A stretch of 61,735 bases of DNA, the filler included, from Choristocarpus tenellus KU-1152 (taxonomy: Eukaryota > Protista > Phaeophyceae): NCBI GenBank assembly GCA_964200185.2. It is 13 parts of 13 records of this genome, joined end to end, with 100 filler letters (N's around TTAATTAATTAA, not from the genome) between each part and the next. Parts side by side here need not be neighbours in the genome. Positions count along the whole stretch, not along the records: positions 10,841 to 14,450 come from CAXNAD020018965.1; positions 14,551 to 22,586 come from CAXNAD020005241.1; positions 22,687 to 27,350 come from CAXNAD020013563.1; 10 more parts are not named here. One strand, 5' to 3'. This document shows, one piece after another, positions 13,327-25,762 of this stretch (its first letter is position 1; each line of letters opens with the position of its first letter). The notes beneath the pieces are model-generated. The model was not told the DNA's origin. It did no database searches and was given only the letters and a program-made list of their open reading frames with translations. The translations under genes and the position numbers were made by a program.

Positions 13327-13749
13327 TTCTGGTGCACAATTTTCATGGAAGAAAAGTATTCGATATTTGATTGTGATTTAATATTACTCACTAAACTAAT
13401 GAAAGGTTTAGGAGGGGTGCGGGAGGACTACTGTGCCTTACCTTGTACATCTTGTTGTCAGTTCTGTGTGGCATGCAATGTGCAGGTGTTCCCATGGTCT
13501 GTTTGCCCATCTGGCACTGAAGAAAAAAAGTCAGGAGGAGAAAAAGATGAGAGGATTGGTCCTTGCTTGTTGACTATGGCACTCTTTTCACCACTAGGAC
13601 GTGATTCAGCTATTGTTCACATCAGTTCTTTCATGATCAGACACCACTACAACCAATACATACTAGACCAAATAAAGTACAGAATACACACTTCAATACA
13701 GTACAGAGTGCATATTTCCATGAAGCACATAGTACAGAGTTCAGAGTAT

Positions 13750-13847
13750 GGGGTACAGGATACATAGTAGATCATACATATTAAAAGTACAGGGTACAGG
13801 ATACATAGTAGATCATGCATATTAACAGTACAGGGTACAGGGTACAT
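13750..13847. repeat. Short tandem repeat, ~40-50-bp unit, ~2 copies
   Basis: GGGTACAGGATACATAGTAGATCATRCATATTAAMAGTACA repeated. Confidence 0.75.
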
Positions 13848-14105
13848 GAGCCATAGTATCTTGGAGGGTAGAGCCGGGTCCATTTAGGGACCAAAATACA
13901 ATGTTGTGATATCGATGCAATTTTGGCTATTGTGTTTGTTAGGAAGTGTCAATATCCTTGTTCTGGACACACCTTTTCATAAGGTACACATTTTACCTAC
14001 TCCGAAACATTTTGGAATAGGAAAATGTCATTTAAAAACCCATGGGAAGCCAAGCCCCAAACGGACAAAAAGGGGGAAAATCGTGCCTCTACGATACTTT
14101 CACTC
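13848..14105 (+). mobile_element. MITE family A, full length
   Basis: GAGCCATAGTATCT...GATACTTTCACTC termini; internal sequence matches the other A copies; TSD ambiguous (TACAT/TACAA). Confidence 0.88.
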
Positions 14106-14256
14106 TACAACTCCCCCGCAATGCCTACGCTGTACTCCAATCCTCCCTCCGCCTGCACCCTCCAGTCCCCCCACAACTCATCCTCCCCACCTGACTCAAT
14201 TCTTCCACCTTTATCATCTGCGTAAAGTTCAGTTGTGTGGTGAACAAGTTGCAGGA

Positions 14257-14450
14257 GAGCCAAAGTATCTTAGAGGGTAGAGCCACGTCCATTTGGGGGC
14301 CAAAATCCAGTGTTGCGATTTCAATGTAAATTTGGCTATCGTGTTTTTCAGGAAGTGTCAACATGCTTGTTCCAAACACACCTTTCATAACATTGAGCCA
14401 AAGTATCTTAGAGGGTAGGGCCGCGTCCATTTGGGGGTTTGTATCCAATG
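14257..14450 (+). mobile_element. MITE family A 5' half with a second A start at 14395, truncated by the contig end
   Basis: GAGCCAAAGTATCTTAGAGGGTAG occurs at both 14257 and 14395. Confidence 0.85.
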
Positions 14451-14550
14451 NNNNNNNNNNNNNNNNNNNNNNNNNNNNNNNNNNNNNNNNNNNNTTAATT
14501 AATTAANNNNNNNNNNNNNNNNNNNNNNNNNNNNNNNNNNNNNNNNNNNN

Positions 14551-14558
14551 ATGTAGGT

Positions 14559-14589
<31 letters not shown>

Positions 14590-14744
14590 GTTGGTCTACA
14601 CCGGGGTGTCCATTTGGACCATAACCAGGAAAGGTGCACTCACATTATCCATCCGATGCATGCAACCAAATCAAACAAAATTCGCGACATGAATAAATTG
14701 GCCCCAAATGGACAGCCACCATCCCCCCTCAGATACTTTGAGCC
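14551..14744 (-). mobile_element. MITE family B, truncated at the contig start
   Basis: Ends CCAAATGGAC-17nt-AGATACTTTGAGCC; internal sequence matches 18620-18797. Confidence 0.85.
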
Positions 14745-15710
14745 AATTCCAAGGTTAAATACTGTTGTGTTGTTACTCGAGTTAGCAATGGCCTTGCAAT
14801 TTCCACATCACACCTGTCTCCCTACCTGTCTCCCTACCCTTGCTCAATTTGTCCTACACCAAAATTATGATGGTCTTCTCACCGGAAAACTAATTCTCAG
14901 TTGGTTAAGCACCTTACCAAGTCCAGTGCTCACAGAGTTGGGGAAAGCTAGCAACAGGGAAGGTCTTCTAACAGCACCTACTTATACTGCACCAGTTCAT
15001 AGGCAAGACTGGAGAGACAATTAACCCTTGGGCCTGGGACCACGGAAACCACTTGGTACTTGAAGTACCAAGTGTGTATTTCATGGCACTTTAACCCAAC
15101 CAAGCAAATCAGAAATACCAGATTTCTTGGAGCTGCGTCACTAGAGAGTGAGAAGAGTTGGGGGTATCTTATGAGAAGATAGTAGAACAATTGATAGATG
15201 GGAGTTGAGAGCTGTGTGTCCTTTTGATGCTAAACTGTGCAGAAATAGAAACAACTCTAACTGGTCCAACATATTGGTATGATTGAATATGAGGGAAGGA
15301 GCAATACAGCATGGGTCTTCGGTGTTCGAATCATTGCCGAAATTTTGCATTGAAATAGCATGTGGGGTTTGAGGTAGGCATATGCATGTCCTCTGCTACA
15401 AAATCCTTCTTGATTGCCTGACATTTGAAAAACTTGTAAGTGCATTTCCAGTTCGTTGCATCTACTAATGAGATGCCATTTTAACACCAATCATCCTTCC
15501 ACAACTCCCAGCAGCTTCTTGCCACTATCTGAATCAGATGTACATGACGACCCTCTAACAATTTAGAGGGAACTACAGGACCCTCATAGGGATCCAGACA
15601 AGTGTTTTTGATCCTATTTACTACTTTTCAAAGCCTTTTCATTGTGAAATGGCCACATCTACGATTGGTGCTGCCAAGGGTACGCAGGTTTAAAATAATC
15701 CCATTATGGA

Positions 15711-15968
15711 GACCCAAAGTACATTAGAGGGTAGGGCCACGGTCGCTCGGGATCATAGATCCAATGTTGCAATTTTGATGAATTTTGGCTATCGTGTTTG
15801 TTGGCAAGTGTCAATATCCTTGCTCCGGACACACCTTTCATAGTACTATACATTTTAAGCAGCTGTGTTCGCACAGAAAACCGAAAAAGGGTGAAAAAAC
15901 CCTGAGGGAAGCTAAGCCCAGAAAGGATAAACAGGTCAAAACTCCTACTCCCTTAAATGCTTTGACTC
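15711..15968 (+). mobile_element. MITE family A, diverged full-length copy, TSD TGGA
   Basis: GACCCAAAGTAC...AAATGCTTTGACTC termini, with TGGA on both sides. Confidence 0.8.
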
Positions 15969-16292
15969 TGGAACCTATATATAACAAACAGATCATAAGC
16001 CTCCAATTCCGAGGACGTTCCGTTTGGTGCTGAATCTGTATCAGTGGTGATTAGACTACGGTTGTAGAGTAGTAGCATGTATAGACCGTTGGCAGTATTT
16101 GACTAGTCATAGAGATTAGATTTGGGTGTGCTGGAGTGGTTGCTTGTGTGTGGAGATGAATTTTGGTTAATGCAATGGTTGACAGCTAGCACCCGTGGTG
16201 GAGAAAGGTGAGACCTATTCCTAGGTCCAGTGTGTGTGAATAGCATATGATAAAGTGTGGGTCCAGAAAAGGATTAACTCTATCAAATTAGT

Positions 16293-16552
16293 GAGTGGAT
16301 GTATCTTAGAGGGTACGAGTTTTGCCCTGTTTGTCCATTTGGGGCTTGGCTTCCCATGGTTTTTTTTAATGACATTTTTCTACTCCAAAATATTTCGGAG
16401 TAGGTAAAATGTGTATGTTATGAAAAGGTGTGCCTGGAGAAAGGATATTGACACTTCCTAACAAACATGATAGCCAAAATTACATCAAAATCACAACATT
16501 GGATTTTGGACCCCAAACGGACACCGCTCTACCCTCTAAGATACTTTGGCTC
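16293..16552 (-). mobile_element. MITE family A, full length, TSD TAGT
   Basis: GAGTGGATGTATCT...AGATACTTTGGCTC termini, with TAGT on both sides. Confidence 0.9.
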
Positions 16553-16819
16553 TAGTCTCCTGGATTTGGTTTGACTCTCTGAAAAATTCAGTAAATGAGT
16601 CTATGCAATATTGTCTGTATGATTTGCCCATCTCATCATAACATCTATGTGCGGATTATATCCTTGTTGGGAGTTGCACCAATAGTGAGGTGTTCAGGGG
16701 AAGGCACCATGCCTAAAAAAAAAGATTGTACTACTTGTAGAGAAGCCTGGGTCAAAGTATCTGGGGGGGGTGCTGGCGTCCGTTTTTGACCCTTTTTTCG
16801 ATTTTCATGTTTTGGTGCG

Positions 16820-17530
16820 ATTTGGTTGCACGTTTCGGATTGAAAATATGGGCAAAAAAAAGAAGACTGTTGGTTAGGTTCCCTTCTGTCCTTGCGTATG
16901 CAAGAGGAATGAGAATAAATGCCACCATTTATTTGGGCTTGGTTAGGAGTTTTGACATGTTTGCATGTGTCGGATTTTGAATGTGTTCAAACAGGCTTAT
17001 GTTGACGTGTGTGTTGGTCGTACAGTTAGGATGAAGAGTGAAATATATGCCATTGGTTGTTTCAGGGCTAGAGTTATTGGTTTGTTTGGTTGCATGAGTG
17101 GGATTTGGTAAGCACATAAAGAGGACTGTTGGTTAGGGTGTGTTTTCCAAGTGTTAGCTCAAGGAACTGCAAAAAAGACCATGGACTGTTTCGAGGTTAG
17201 TTTTTTCCTTTATCAGCTTGCATGAGTCGTGTCTGGAATGTACACAAAGAGGACTGTCAGTTAGAGCCTGTTGTCCCGGTGTGTGCACACGAGGAATTAA
17301 AAAATAATCAATGTTCTGTTTAAAATTTTAGCATTTCGTTTATTTGCTTGCATGTGTCGGATTTAGTATGTACACAAACGAGGTTGTTGCTCAGGGTGTT
17401 AGGGTTAAAGTTGTTCACTTGAAGAAAGGGAAAGTGTCAGGTTTACTTTCAGGTTAGTGAAGTGTTTCTTTGATGTAATGTGTCGACGGATTCTGGATGT
17501 GTTCACAAAGGCTTTATTGGTCAAGGTCTG
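16820..17530. repeat. Degenerate ~130-bp subterminal tandem repeats (5-6 units)
   Basis: TTGCAYGWGTCGGATTT...AGGACTGTT motif anchored at 16826, 16961, 17090, 17218, 17348 and ~17475. Confidence 0.7.
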
Positions 17531-17855
17531 TTGTCGTATATTTCGCTGGAAGTATCTCAAGATACACAACCCTTGATTCTGGGTTAGGTTTAGTGGTTAA
17601 ATAAATCCTGATGAGGTAGGGTTGGTTTGGTTTAAGTAGGGTTGATGACAGCATTGGCACGTAATTCAGGTAAGGCTCTTGTCTATTTTAGGTTGGCACG
17701 GGATGCAGATGGGCTCAGTGTAAGTGTTAGGGTAAGGATATGATTAGTGTCGGTGTGCAGGGGTAGCGATCCAGGACATTCGTCGAGTTCATGGCACGTG
17801 TTTGGGGAAGGCTCAGGGTTGGTGTTGTGGTTAGGAGCATTGGGCGTGGACTTTC

Positions 17856-18116
17856 AAGTATAAGTATGTTAGAAGGTAGAACCGCGTCCAATTGGGGACA
17901 AAATCCAATGTTGCGATTTTGATGTAATTTTGGCTATTGTGTTTGTTTGGAAGTGTCAATATCCATGTTCCGGACATACCTTTTCATGACGTATACATTT
18001 TACCTACTCCTAAACATTTTGGAGTAGGTAAAATGTCATTAAAAAAACCCCATGGGAAGCCAAGCCCCAAATGGACAGACAGGGCAAAACTCGTACCCTC
18101 TAAGATACCTTCACTC
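17856..18116 (+). mobile_element. MITE family A, degenerate left terminus
   Basis: Internal match to the other A copies; right end AGATACCTTCACTC. Confidence 0.85.
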
Positions 18117-18619
18117 AATTTGGTATATGATCGTCCAAGATTTGAAGGAGGACAAGATCGGCCCTCGTTTGTCAACACTTGGACAAAGCATGAGATGGTG
18201 CATAGAGTATTAAAGAGCAGGGGGGAGGTAGGTAGTAGGGTTAACGGAATAATTAGCAGCTGGTAAGTAGACAACGTATCCATCGCAGGTCTTGGCGAAT
18301 TGATAGGAAACTTAGTGGGAAAGATGGAGAAGAGTTGCTTAAAAAATGTTTTATATTTTAGTAGTCTGAACCTTGTATCGGACACTCTCTGTTAAACAAA
18401 TAAGAACCACAGGTCTAATCGTTAAGATGAGTATCATGTATGATTTACTGACACCTCTGACTGGTAGTAATGTATCCGATACCACTGTGTAAATGCATAA
18501 CCCATCGAATGGAAATTGTATGAACATGGTAGTCGGACACCAAGGCAAGGTATACTGATGCACAAATCAGACACAAGTAGCTCGATCCGTACTTCAACAA
18601 AAAAACTGAAATGACTGAA

Positions 18620-18797
18620 GACCCAAAGTAACTGGGGGGGAGGGGGGGTCTACACCAGGGTGTCTATTTGCGCCAAAATCAGGAAAAGTGCATTTACATC
18701 ATCCATTCGACGTATGCAACCAAATCGCCCAAAAATCGCAAAATGAAAGAATTGATTCCAAATGGACAGCCGCCACCCCTACCAGATTCTTTGAGCC
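18620..18797 (-). mobile_element. MITE family B, full length, TSD TGAA
   Basis: GACCCAAAGTAACT...AGATTCTTTGAGCC termini; the paralogous empty site near 26601-26620 has a single TGAA. Confidence 0.9.
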
Positions 18798-19500
18798 TGA
18801 AGCCCTATTTCAATTGGTGCGCGGATTCGAAATGGCATTCCTCACCCTTCTCCCACCACTCTACAAGCTTCCAGTATGGCTCAGTTAGAAGGTGCCAGAG
18901 ATTTAGGTGTGTGGAATACCTGTCGTTCCATGGTTCGGGCTTCATGAGGCTCATGAAGATGGCCTTCCTTTCATGGAGTGTTTCTACATGCCCCGGACGC
19001 AACGTGCTGCTGGGCTTCGCTCCATGACTGTGGAGGTTTAGCTGTGTGGGCTCATGGATGTAGCAGTCATCCCTGAATACAAGATTTTTGGTCGCTCTGC
19101 CGACCTTTAGGAGCCTGAACCCATGGTTGTATATGACCTGGGTAAGGATTGGATTTGTACCCGCTACTGCGACGAAGTGGGTTTTGTTGCTGATTGTAGG
19201 AGCATAGTAACACATGCCTCCATGAAGGCTTCGGTGATCCCCACAACGGATGCATTGCTGGAGTCGATCGCTTCCTCTGTCATGACATTTTCATCACCTT
19301 GCGCGGACGTTTCGTCATCATCCTCATGCCCTGTAGTAGATGACGCTGCATTTTCCACGTCTCCGTCCTTTCTGGCTGAAGCGAAGATGTCAGCAAAAAG
19401 GCTAGGTTCTAAATCTCTACCGTCATTTCCATGAGGATTTTTGAAGGATCTCATCCGTCCAACACCTTCTCCCAACCTCTTCTTCGTAATGACTGTCGTT

Positions 19501-19759
19501 GAGTGAAAGTATCTTATAGGGTACGAGTTTTGCCCTGTTTCTCAGTTTGGGCCTTGACTTCCCCTGGGTTTCTTCATGACACTTTCCTAATCGAAAATAT
19601 ATCGGAGTAGGCAAAATGTATACATTATGAAATGTTCTGTCTGGAATAAGGATATGGACAATTCCGAACAAACACGATAGCCCAAACTACATCAAAATCG
19701 CAACATTGGATTGTGGCCCCCAAATGGATGCGGCTCTACTATCTAAGATACTTTGTCTC
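19501..19759 (-). mobile_element. MITE family A, full length, TSD CGTT
   Basis: GAGTGAAAGTATCT...AGATACTTTGTCTC termini; the empty site near 25721-25735 has a single CGTT (AACG on + strand). Confidence 0.92.
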
Positions 19760-22528
19760 CGTTTTGGTCTTCCCTTTACCCTTTGCCGAAGGTTTGTCCC
19801 TACGTGAGGAACCTGATGGTGTCAAATCAACCCTTGGTGTTGTTGACTCGGCATTAGTGTAGTTTGTAATTCGCTCCACAGTATCGTCGTTCCTTTTCCC
19901 TCTACCTGTTGGGTCATGATTGACGGACTCATCAATGCTGCTGCCCACCACATGGACGTTTTGGGACATTCCGAGGTCACTCCTGACAGGCATGGACTCT
20001 GATTCCGTGCCTAGCCACCCCCCCACGTCCTCCTGGACATCTTCCTCTGGACATGACAAAACGTTACAATCAGGCCGGTCCCTATCGCCTTCTGGGTCGT
20101 CCTCTGAGGGTGTGCTTGGATGCCTTCCCACATGTAGTGAACCGCTTCCGGCACCTACGGTAGGTTTAGATGGCGACTCCTGTTCCTCTTTATCACCTAG
20201 TGGGTCGGATCCTCCACAACAAGGTATAGGCATGGATACGCCACTAGCTGCTGGTGTCTTCGCCAGTGCAAAATTACAGAAGGTGGAGAGTTCATCGATG
20301 AGGAGTTGGATACAATCTGGATCGTGGTTGTCCCCGAGGGCGGTGCATGTGATTACGATGCCTCCTGGTCGGGTCTGGAGAAAAGGGACTGCTCTCTCGT
20401 GGGTGGCGCTCGTTTCGGACTTGAACTTGTCAAGGTCGTGCTCGGGCGTGGCGTTTTTCTCTGGCGCGATAACAATGTTTGTGACTCATGTTATCTCTGT
20501 AATGGTGGAGGAGTAGGCAAAGGATGAGGCAAAGTAGGAGGCAAAACAACGGGAAGAGGGGTTAGGGTTAGGAGGCAAAGGATGAGGCAGAGGTTGGTAA
20601 AAAAGAGTAAGCAAAGGAGGATATAGAGGAGGAGGCAAAGGCTGAGGAAAAGATGGAAGGAAAGGAGTACGTGTGGTTCGTCGTACTTGGGCGGATTCTT
20701 GTAGCCCATGGATCAGGAAGGCAGGCAGGGCTTGTAACATTGGCTTAAGAAGATGCGTATAGGACTATAGGACATGAACCGTGACATAATTTCCCACCCT
20801 ACGCTGGGTTGTATAGATCGACAGCACAGCAAAGGTATGAATAAATCTGTTCGACGAGCATCTTCGCAACATAAAAACCTGGAGAACCCTGTGTCAGTGT
20901 ACATTGTGAAACTGTCCAATATCGGTAAGATCTCCGAGACTTAAGGCGTTGTGTTTGGTGTAGGGAATGTTGTTTGATGCTCACATATGGCGGTATTATA
21001 CAATGATGCAATTGCTTGCCTGCATGTTTGCCACTGGTGTTCAAGGTAATGCCCTCTGAGTATTTGACAATGTCCAGGTAGACTGTACCCTCCTCCACAT
21101 CCTCCCGCAACATGAGGTTCCTTTTTACCTGTGGATTTTATGGGGCTAAATTCATGTGCACGATCAGGGCGTTTATTGTGAGGTGAATTGTTACAAACTT
21201 AAATAAGGTTGACAGATGAGTCGATGAATCTGAGACTCAGTTGAGTACCTCTTCGCTCAGGATGTATTGTTTCTTAGGAGCAGGCTCTTCTGAAGACCCG
21301 GCTGATGACTCATTGGCATCGGGGTCGATCCTGAGCCCGTCTTTCCTCTTGAGGTCGTTCATGACCTGCACGGTGACCTCCAGGACAGCCTTTTTGATGA
21401 GGACATTCTTGGTGTGCATCCTCCGCAAGAATGCCCTTTTGATTTTCCATGGTTGTGATGCCTATTCTTCCTCGACTTGGGCGGCAGACGCAGGGTCTGG
21501 ATCACCGCCCCCTGGTCTGTTCTTCTTCCTCTTTCCTCGCTTTCTCTTCTTCTTTCCTCGGTGGGGGTCAGCCGGGGGTCGTTTGTTGCGGACGCCCCTT
21601 AGAGAGTGGTCGAGAACTGTCATGGAGGAGCGCATGGACAGTGGGATGGTAATGGATGGCGTAGCGCTTTCTGTGGAGACTGCTATTTGCGAACATGCAG
21701 CGAACGGTAAACCCCGCCAATATGGAAGGAATATTGTATACAAGAACGCACCAATACCGTGCACAGACGAAAAAGATTTATGCGCCGACCCAGGTTAGAT
21801 GTCGGGAGGGCAACCATACACAGGTTTGTGGTTGACATAGGGCAGACAGTAATGAAGAAATTTGATGTGTGGTGTCGGACGGTAAAGGCGATTAATTTCC
21901 AAAGCACTGTAAGACGGTTGGGGGTGGTGTGTACCGGCTGAATTGGAACAAGAACCCTAAGCAGGAAAACATAATGTGGAACCGCGAAAGTGAAAGTATG
22001 AATGCACTAGTTTTAAACGAATATGGCAATTTTGGAACATACTAAGACGTAGAAATTTAGTATGCTCTGTCGGTTGGCAGAAGCCATCAAATTCTAAAAT
22101 GAGGTTACCGCGGTTTTTTGGACCAAGCTACGCGCGCGTATTGATACCACCGCGTGAGTTAAATCGAGATCACGTTGTGACGCGATACGAACCTTATCGG
22201 AAAAGTTCCAATCGTATCGGAGCCCTAACACGTGCGTATCGATGGTGTCACCATGTAACATTCAACAGACGGATGTTGTGGTGCTTGGAAGTGGATCTTG
22301 GAATCTTAGTTCTATTTTGGATCAGTTGCTGATTACTCTCAACATATGTCACTGCAACCCATGTTCCAATTTCGGAAAAACGTTCAGTTGAATTCGCTGG
22401 AATTAATTCTGACGATAGCCGCTGCATCGCAACTATGTCGACATTTTAGATGTAAGGTGAAATCTGTCTCTTCGCGGATTGGGTTGAGTGTTCGAGATGT
22501 AGGTAATTAATAATGTTGGTTAGGGTTA

Positions 22529-22586
22529 GGCTCAAAGTATCTGGGAGGGGGTGGCGGCTGTCCATTTGGGGTCAATTTTTTCATGT
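22529..22586 (+). mobile_element. MITE family B short-spacer end, truncated by the contig end
   Basis: GGCTCAAAGTATCT-17nt-GTCCATTTGGGG. Confidence 0.85.
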
Positions 22587-22686
22587 NNNNNNNNNNNNNN
22601 NNNNNNNNNNNNNNNNNNNNNNNNNNNNNNTTAATTAATTAANNNNNNNNNNNNNNNNNNNNNNNNNNNNNNNNNNNNNNNNNNNN

Positions 22687-22728
22687 CCCAAATGGACAGC
22701 CGCCCCCCCCTCCCAGGTACTTTGAGCC
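22687..22728 (-). mobile_element. MITE family B short-spacer end at the contig start
   Basis: CCAAATGGAC-17nt-AGGTACTTTGAGCC. Confidence 0.8.
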
Positions 22729-22968
22729 TCTGCGAGGGGTTCATACACACCTACAGGTTGCAGGTGGGTTGAACATTCCCAACACGTCCCCACGCGTCAA
22801 ACCCTAAGTCCATGGGGTTCTGCTGGGCGACACGCAGCCCCTGCAAACCCTTCTTAGATACGTTGTTAACCCAAAATCCTTACATCCTCAAAGCACGTTC
22901 TTTCGCGGGTTCCTAACGGAACACGATCGCCCACCTTTACATGTAGGTCGCAGACGAGATCAAGGAGC

Positions 22969-23226
22969 GAGTGAAAGTGTCTTAGAAGGTACAAGTTTTG
23001 CCCTGTTGTCCATTTGGGGCTTGACTTCCTTTGGGTTTTTTTATGATATTTTCCTACTCCAAAATGTTTCGGAGTAGGTAAACTGTATACGTTATGAAAA
23101 GGTGTGTCCGGAATAAGGACATTGACACTTCCTAACGAATACAATAGCCAAAATTACATCAAAATCGCAACATTGAATTTTGTCCCCCAAATGGACGTGG
23201 CTCTACCCTCTAAGATGCTTTGGGTC
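22969..23226 (-). mobile_element. MITE family A, full length, TSD AGC
   Basis: GAGTGAAAGTGTCT...AGATGCTTTGGGTC termini, with AGC on both sides. Confidence 0.9.
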
Positions 23227-24634
23227 AGCAGCACTTCGCAAGAATGTGCACTGATGTCCTCGCTGGAGTCGGACTATCCATCCTCAGAGGGTAGACCCCC
23301 CAAGGCCATCGCGGGCGCGACATTGTGGAAGTGGCTGCGCATGTCTTCTCTGAGCAGGCAACCAAAAACCTACCTACTGATGCGCTCTCATTATCGTGTG
23401 TTGTCGGGACGGAGACATTTCCAGAGGATTGGGTAAGTCAAGCTTTGACTGTGACGATTCACCCAACGTATACATGTATGCGTAACTACCCCCTGCTGAC
23501 CCTGCGACAGCTGCAATATTTAGCGTCAAGTTTGTGCCTCGCGAGGCAGACACCCATGTCATACATGTGATTTACCATTCCGCTATCCATGCGCTCCTCC
23601 ATGACAGTTCTTGACCACTCTAAGGGGTGTCCGGAACAAACGACCCCCACCCGACCCCGACCAAGGAAAAAAGAAGAGGATGCGAAGAAAGGGGAAGAAG
23701 GACAGACCAGGGGACGGCGATCCAGACCCTGCGTCTGCTGCCCAGACCAAGGAAGAATGGGCATTGCAACCGTGGAAAATCAAAAGGGCATACTTGAGGA
23801 GAATGCACACCAAGGATGTCCTCATCAAAAGGACTGTCCTGGAGGTCGCTGTGCAGGTCATGAACGACCTCAAGAGGAAAGACGAGCTCGGTATCGACCC
23901 TTACGCTGATGACTCCTCAGCCGGGTCTTCAGAAGAGCCTGCTCCAAAGAAACCGTACATCCTGAGTGAAGAGGTACCCAATGGAGTGTCAGGTTCATCC
24001 TCTCATCTGTCCACCGTATTTGAGTTCGTAAAAAGTCACCTTACAATAAACGCTCTGGTCGCGCACATTAATTTGACCCATAAAATCGAAAGGTGAAAAG
24101 GGACCTTGTGTAGCTGGAGGATGTGGAGGAGGGTACAGTCTTCCTGGACATCGTCAAATACTCAGAGGGCATTACCCTGAACACCAATGGCGAACACACA
24201 GGCAAGCAATTACATCATTGTACAACATCGCCATACGTGAACATCACAGATTGTTCCCTACTCCAAACACACCACCTCGACTCTCACAGATCTTACCGAC
24301 GTTAGACAGTTTCACACTGTACACTGACGCAGGGTTCTCGATTTTTAAATGTTCCGAAGATGCTTATCCAACAGATTTATTCATACTTTCGCTGTGTTGT
24401 GTCGATCGACACAACACAGCGCAGACCGGGAAATTATGTCGCGGTTCATGTCCTATAGTCCTATACGCATCCTCTTAACCCTTTGTTACAATCCCTACTT
24501 GCCTTCCTGATTTATGGGCTCAAAGAATCCGCCCAAGTATGTCAAACCGCACATACTCCTTTCCTTCCATCATTTCCTCAGCCTTTGCCTCCTCCTTTAT
24601 ATCCTCCTTCGCTTACTCCTTTTCACCACCCTCT

Positions 24635-24895
24635 GACCCAAAGTATCTTATAGGGTAGAGCCGCGTCCATTTGGGGGCCAAAATCCAACGTTGTGATTTT
24701 GATGTAATTTTGGCTATCGTTTTTGTTAGGAATTGTCAACATCCATATTTCGGACGGACCTTTTTCATAACATACACATTTTACCTACTCCGAAACATTT
24801 TGGAGTAGGAAAATATCATTAAAAAAACCCATGGGAAGTCAAGTCTCAAATGAACAAACAGGGCAAATCTCGTACCCTCTAAGATACTTTCACTT
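24635..24895 (+). mobile_element. MITE family A, full length, TSD CTCT
   Basis: GACCCAAAGTATCT...AGATACTTTCACTT termini; the empty site near 20581-20600 has a single CTCT (AGAG on + strand). Confidence 0.9.
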
Positions 24896-25762
24896 CTCTG
24901 CCTCATCCTTTGCCTCCTAACCCCAACCCTTCTTCCCGTTGTTTTGCCTCCTACTTCGCCTCGTCCTTTGCCTACTCGTCCACCACTACAGAGACAACAC
25001 GAGTCACAAAGCATTGTAATTACGCCAGAGAAATACGCCACGTCCGAGCACGGCCTTGCCAAGTTCAAGTCCGAAACGAGCGCCATCCACGAGAGAGCAG
25101 TCGTCCTTCTCCAGGCCTGACCAGGAGGCATCGTAATCACATGCACCACCCTTGGGAACAACCACGATACGGATCGTATCCAACTCCTCATCAATGAACT
25201 CTCCACCTTCCACAATTTTACACTGGTGAACACAACGATAGCTGGTGGCGTATCCACGCCTATACCTTGTGGAGGACCAGGCCCACTAGGTGATGGAGAG
25301 GAACGGGAGACGTCATCGCCTAACCCTACAGTAGGTGTGGGAAGCAGGACACTCCATGGGGGAAGGCATCCAACCACACCCTCGGAACACGACTCTGAAG
25401 GCGATGGGGACCAGCCTGATTGTAGCACTTTGCCATGTCGAGAGGAAGATGTCCAGGAGGACGTGAGGGGGCGGTTAGGCACGGACTCAGAGTCATTGCC
25501 TGTCAGGAGTGATCCCGGAATGTCCCAAGACGTTTATGCGGTGGGCAGCAGCGGCGACGAGTCCGTTGATCCCGACCCAACGGGTAGAGGGAACAGGAAT
25601 GAAGATACTGTGGAGCAAAGTGTGAACTATGCCCATGCCGAGTCAACAACACCAAGGGTTGATTTGACATCATCAGGTTCCTCACATAGGAACAAGCCTT
25701 CCGCAAAAGGTAAAGGGAAGGCCAAAACGACGGTCATGAGGAAAAAGAGGTTGGGAGAAGGT

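Larger units (their letters stand above)
18480..21940 (-). pseudogene. Disrupted spliced gene of unknown function within long element copy 1
   Basis: ORF pieces align at protein level with copy 2 (e.g. LRRMHTKNVLIKK, DIVKYSEGITLNT, ILTQVIYNHGFRL, KPEPWNDRYSTHLNLWHLLTE). It carries stops, frameshifts and two MITE insertions. Confidence 0.6.
16749..22528 (-). mobile_element. Long repetitive element, copy 1, capped by a family-C terminus; other end not seen
   Basis: Starts GGGTCAAAGTATCTG8 and continues into ~130-bp subterminal repeats. 16878-17370 and 18490-21655 are collinear, in inverted orientation, with 23571-27224. Confidence 0.65.

Noticed and set aside
15021-15074. piggyBac-like end (TTAACCCTT) with an 11-bp hairpin at 15050-15074
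   Set aside because: No matching AAGGGTTAA partner end was found.
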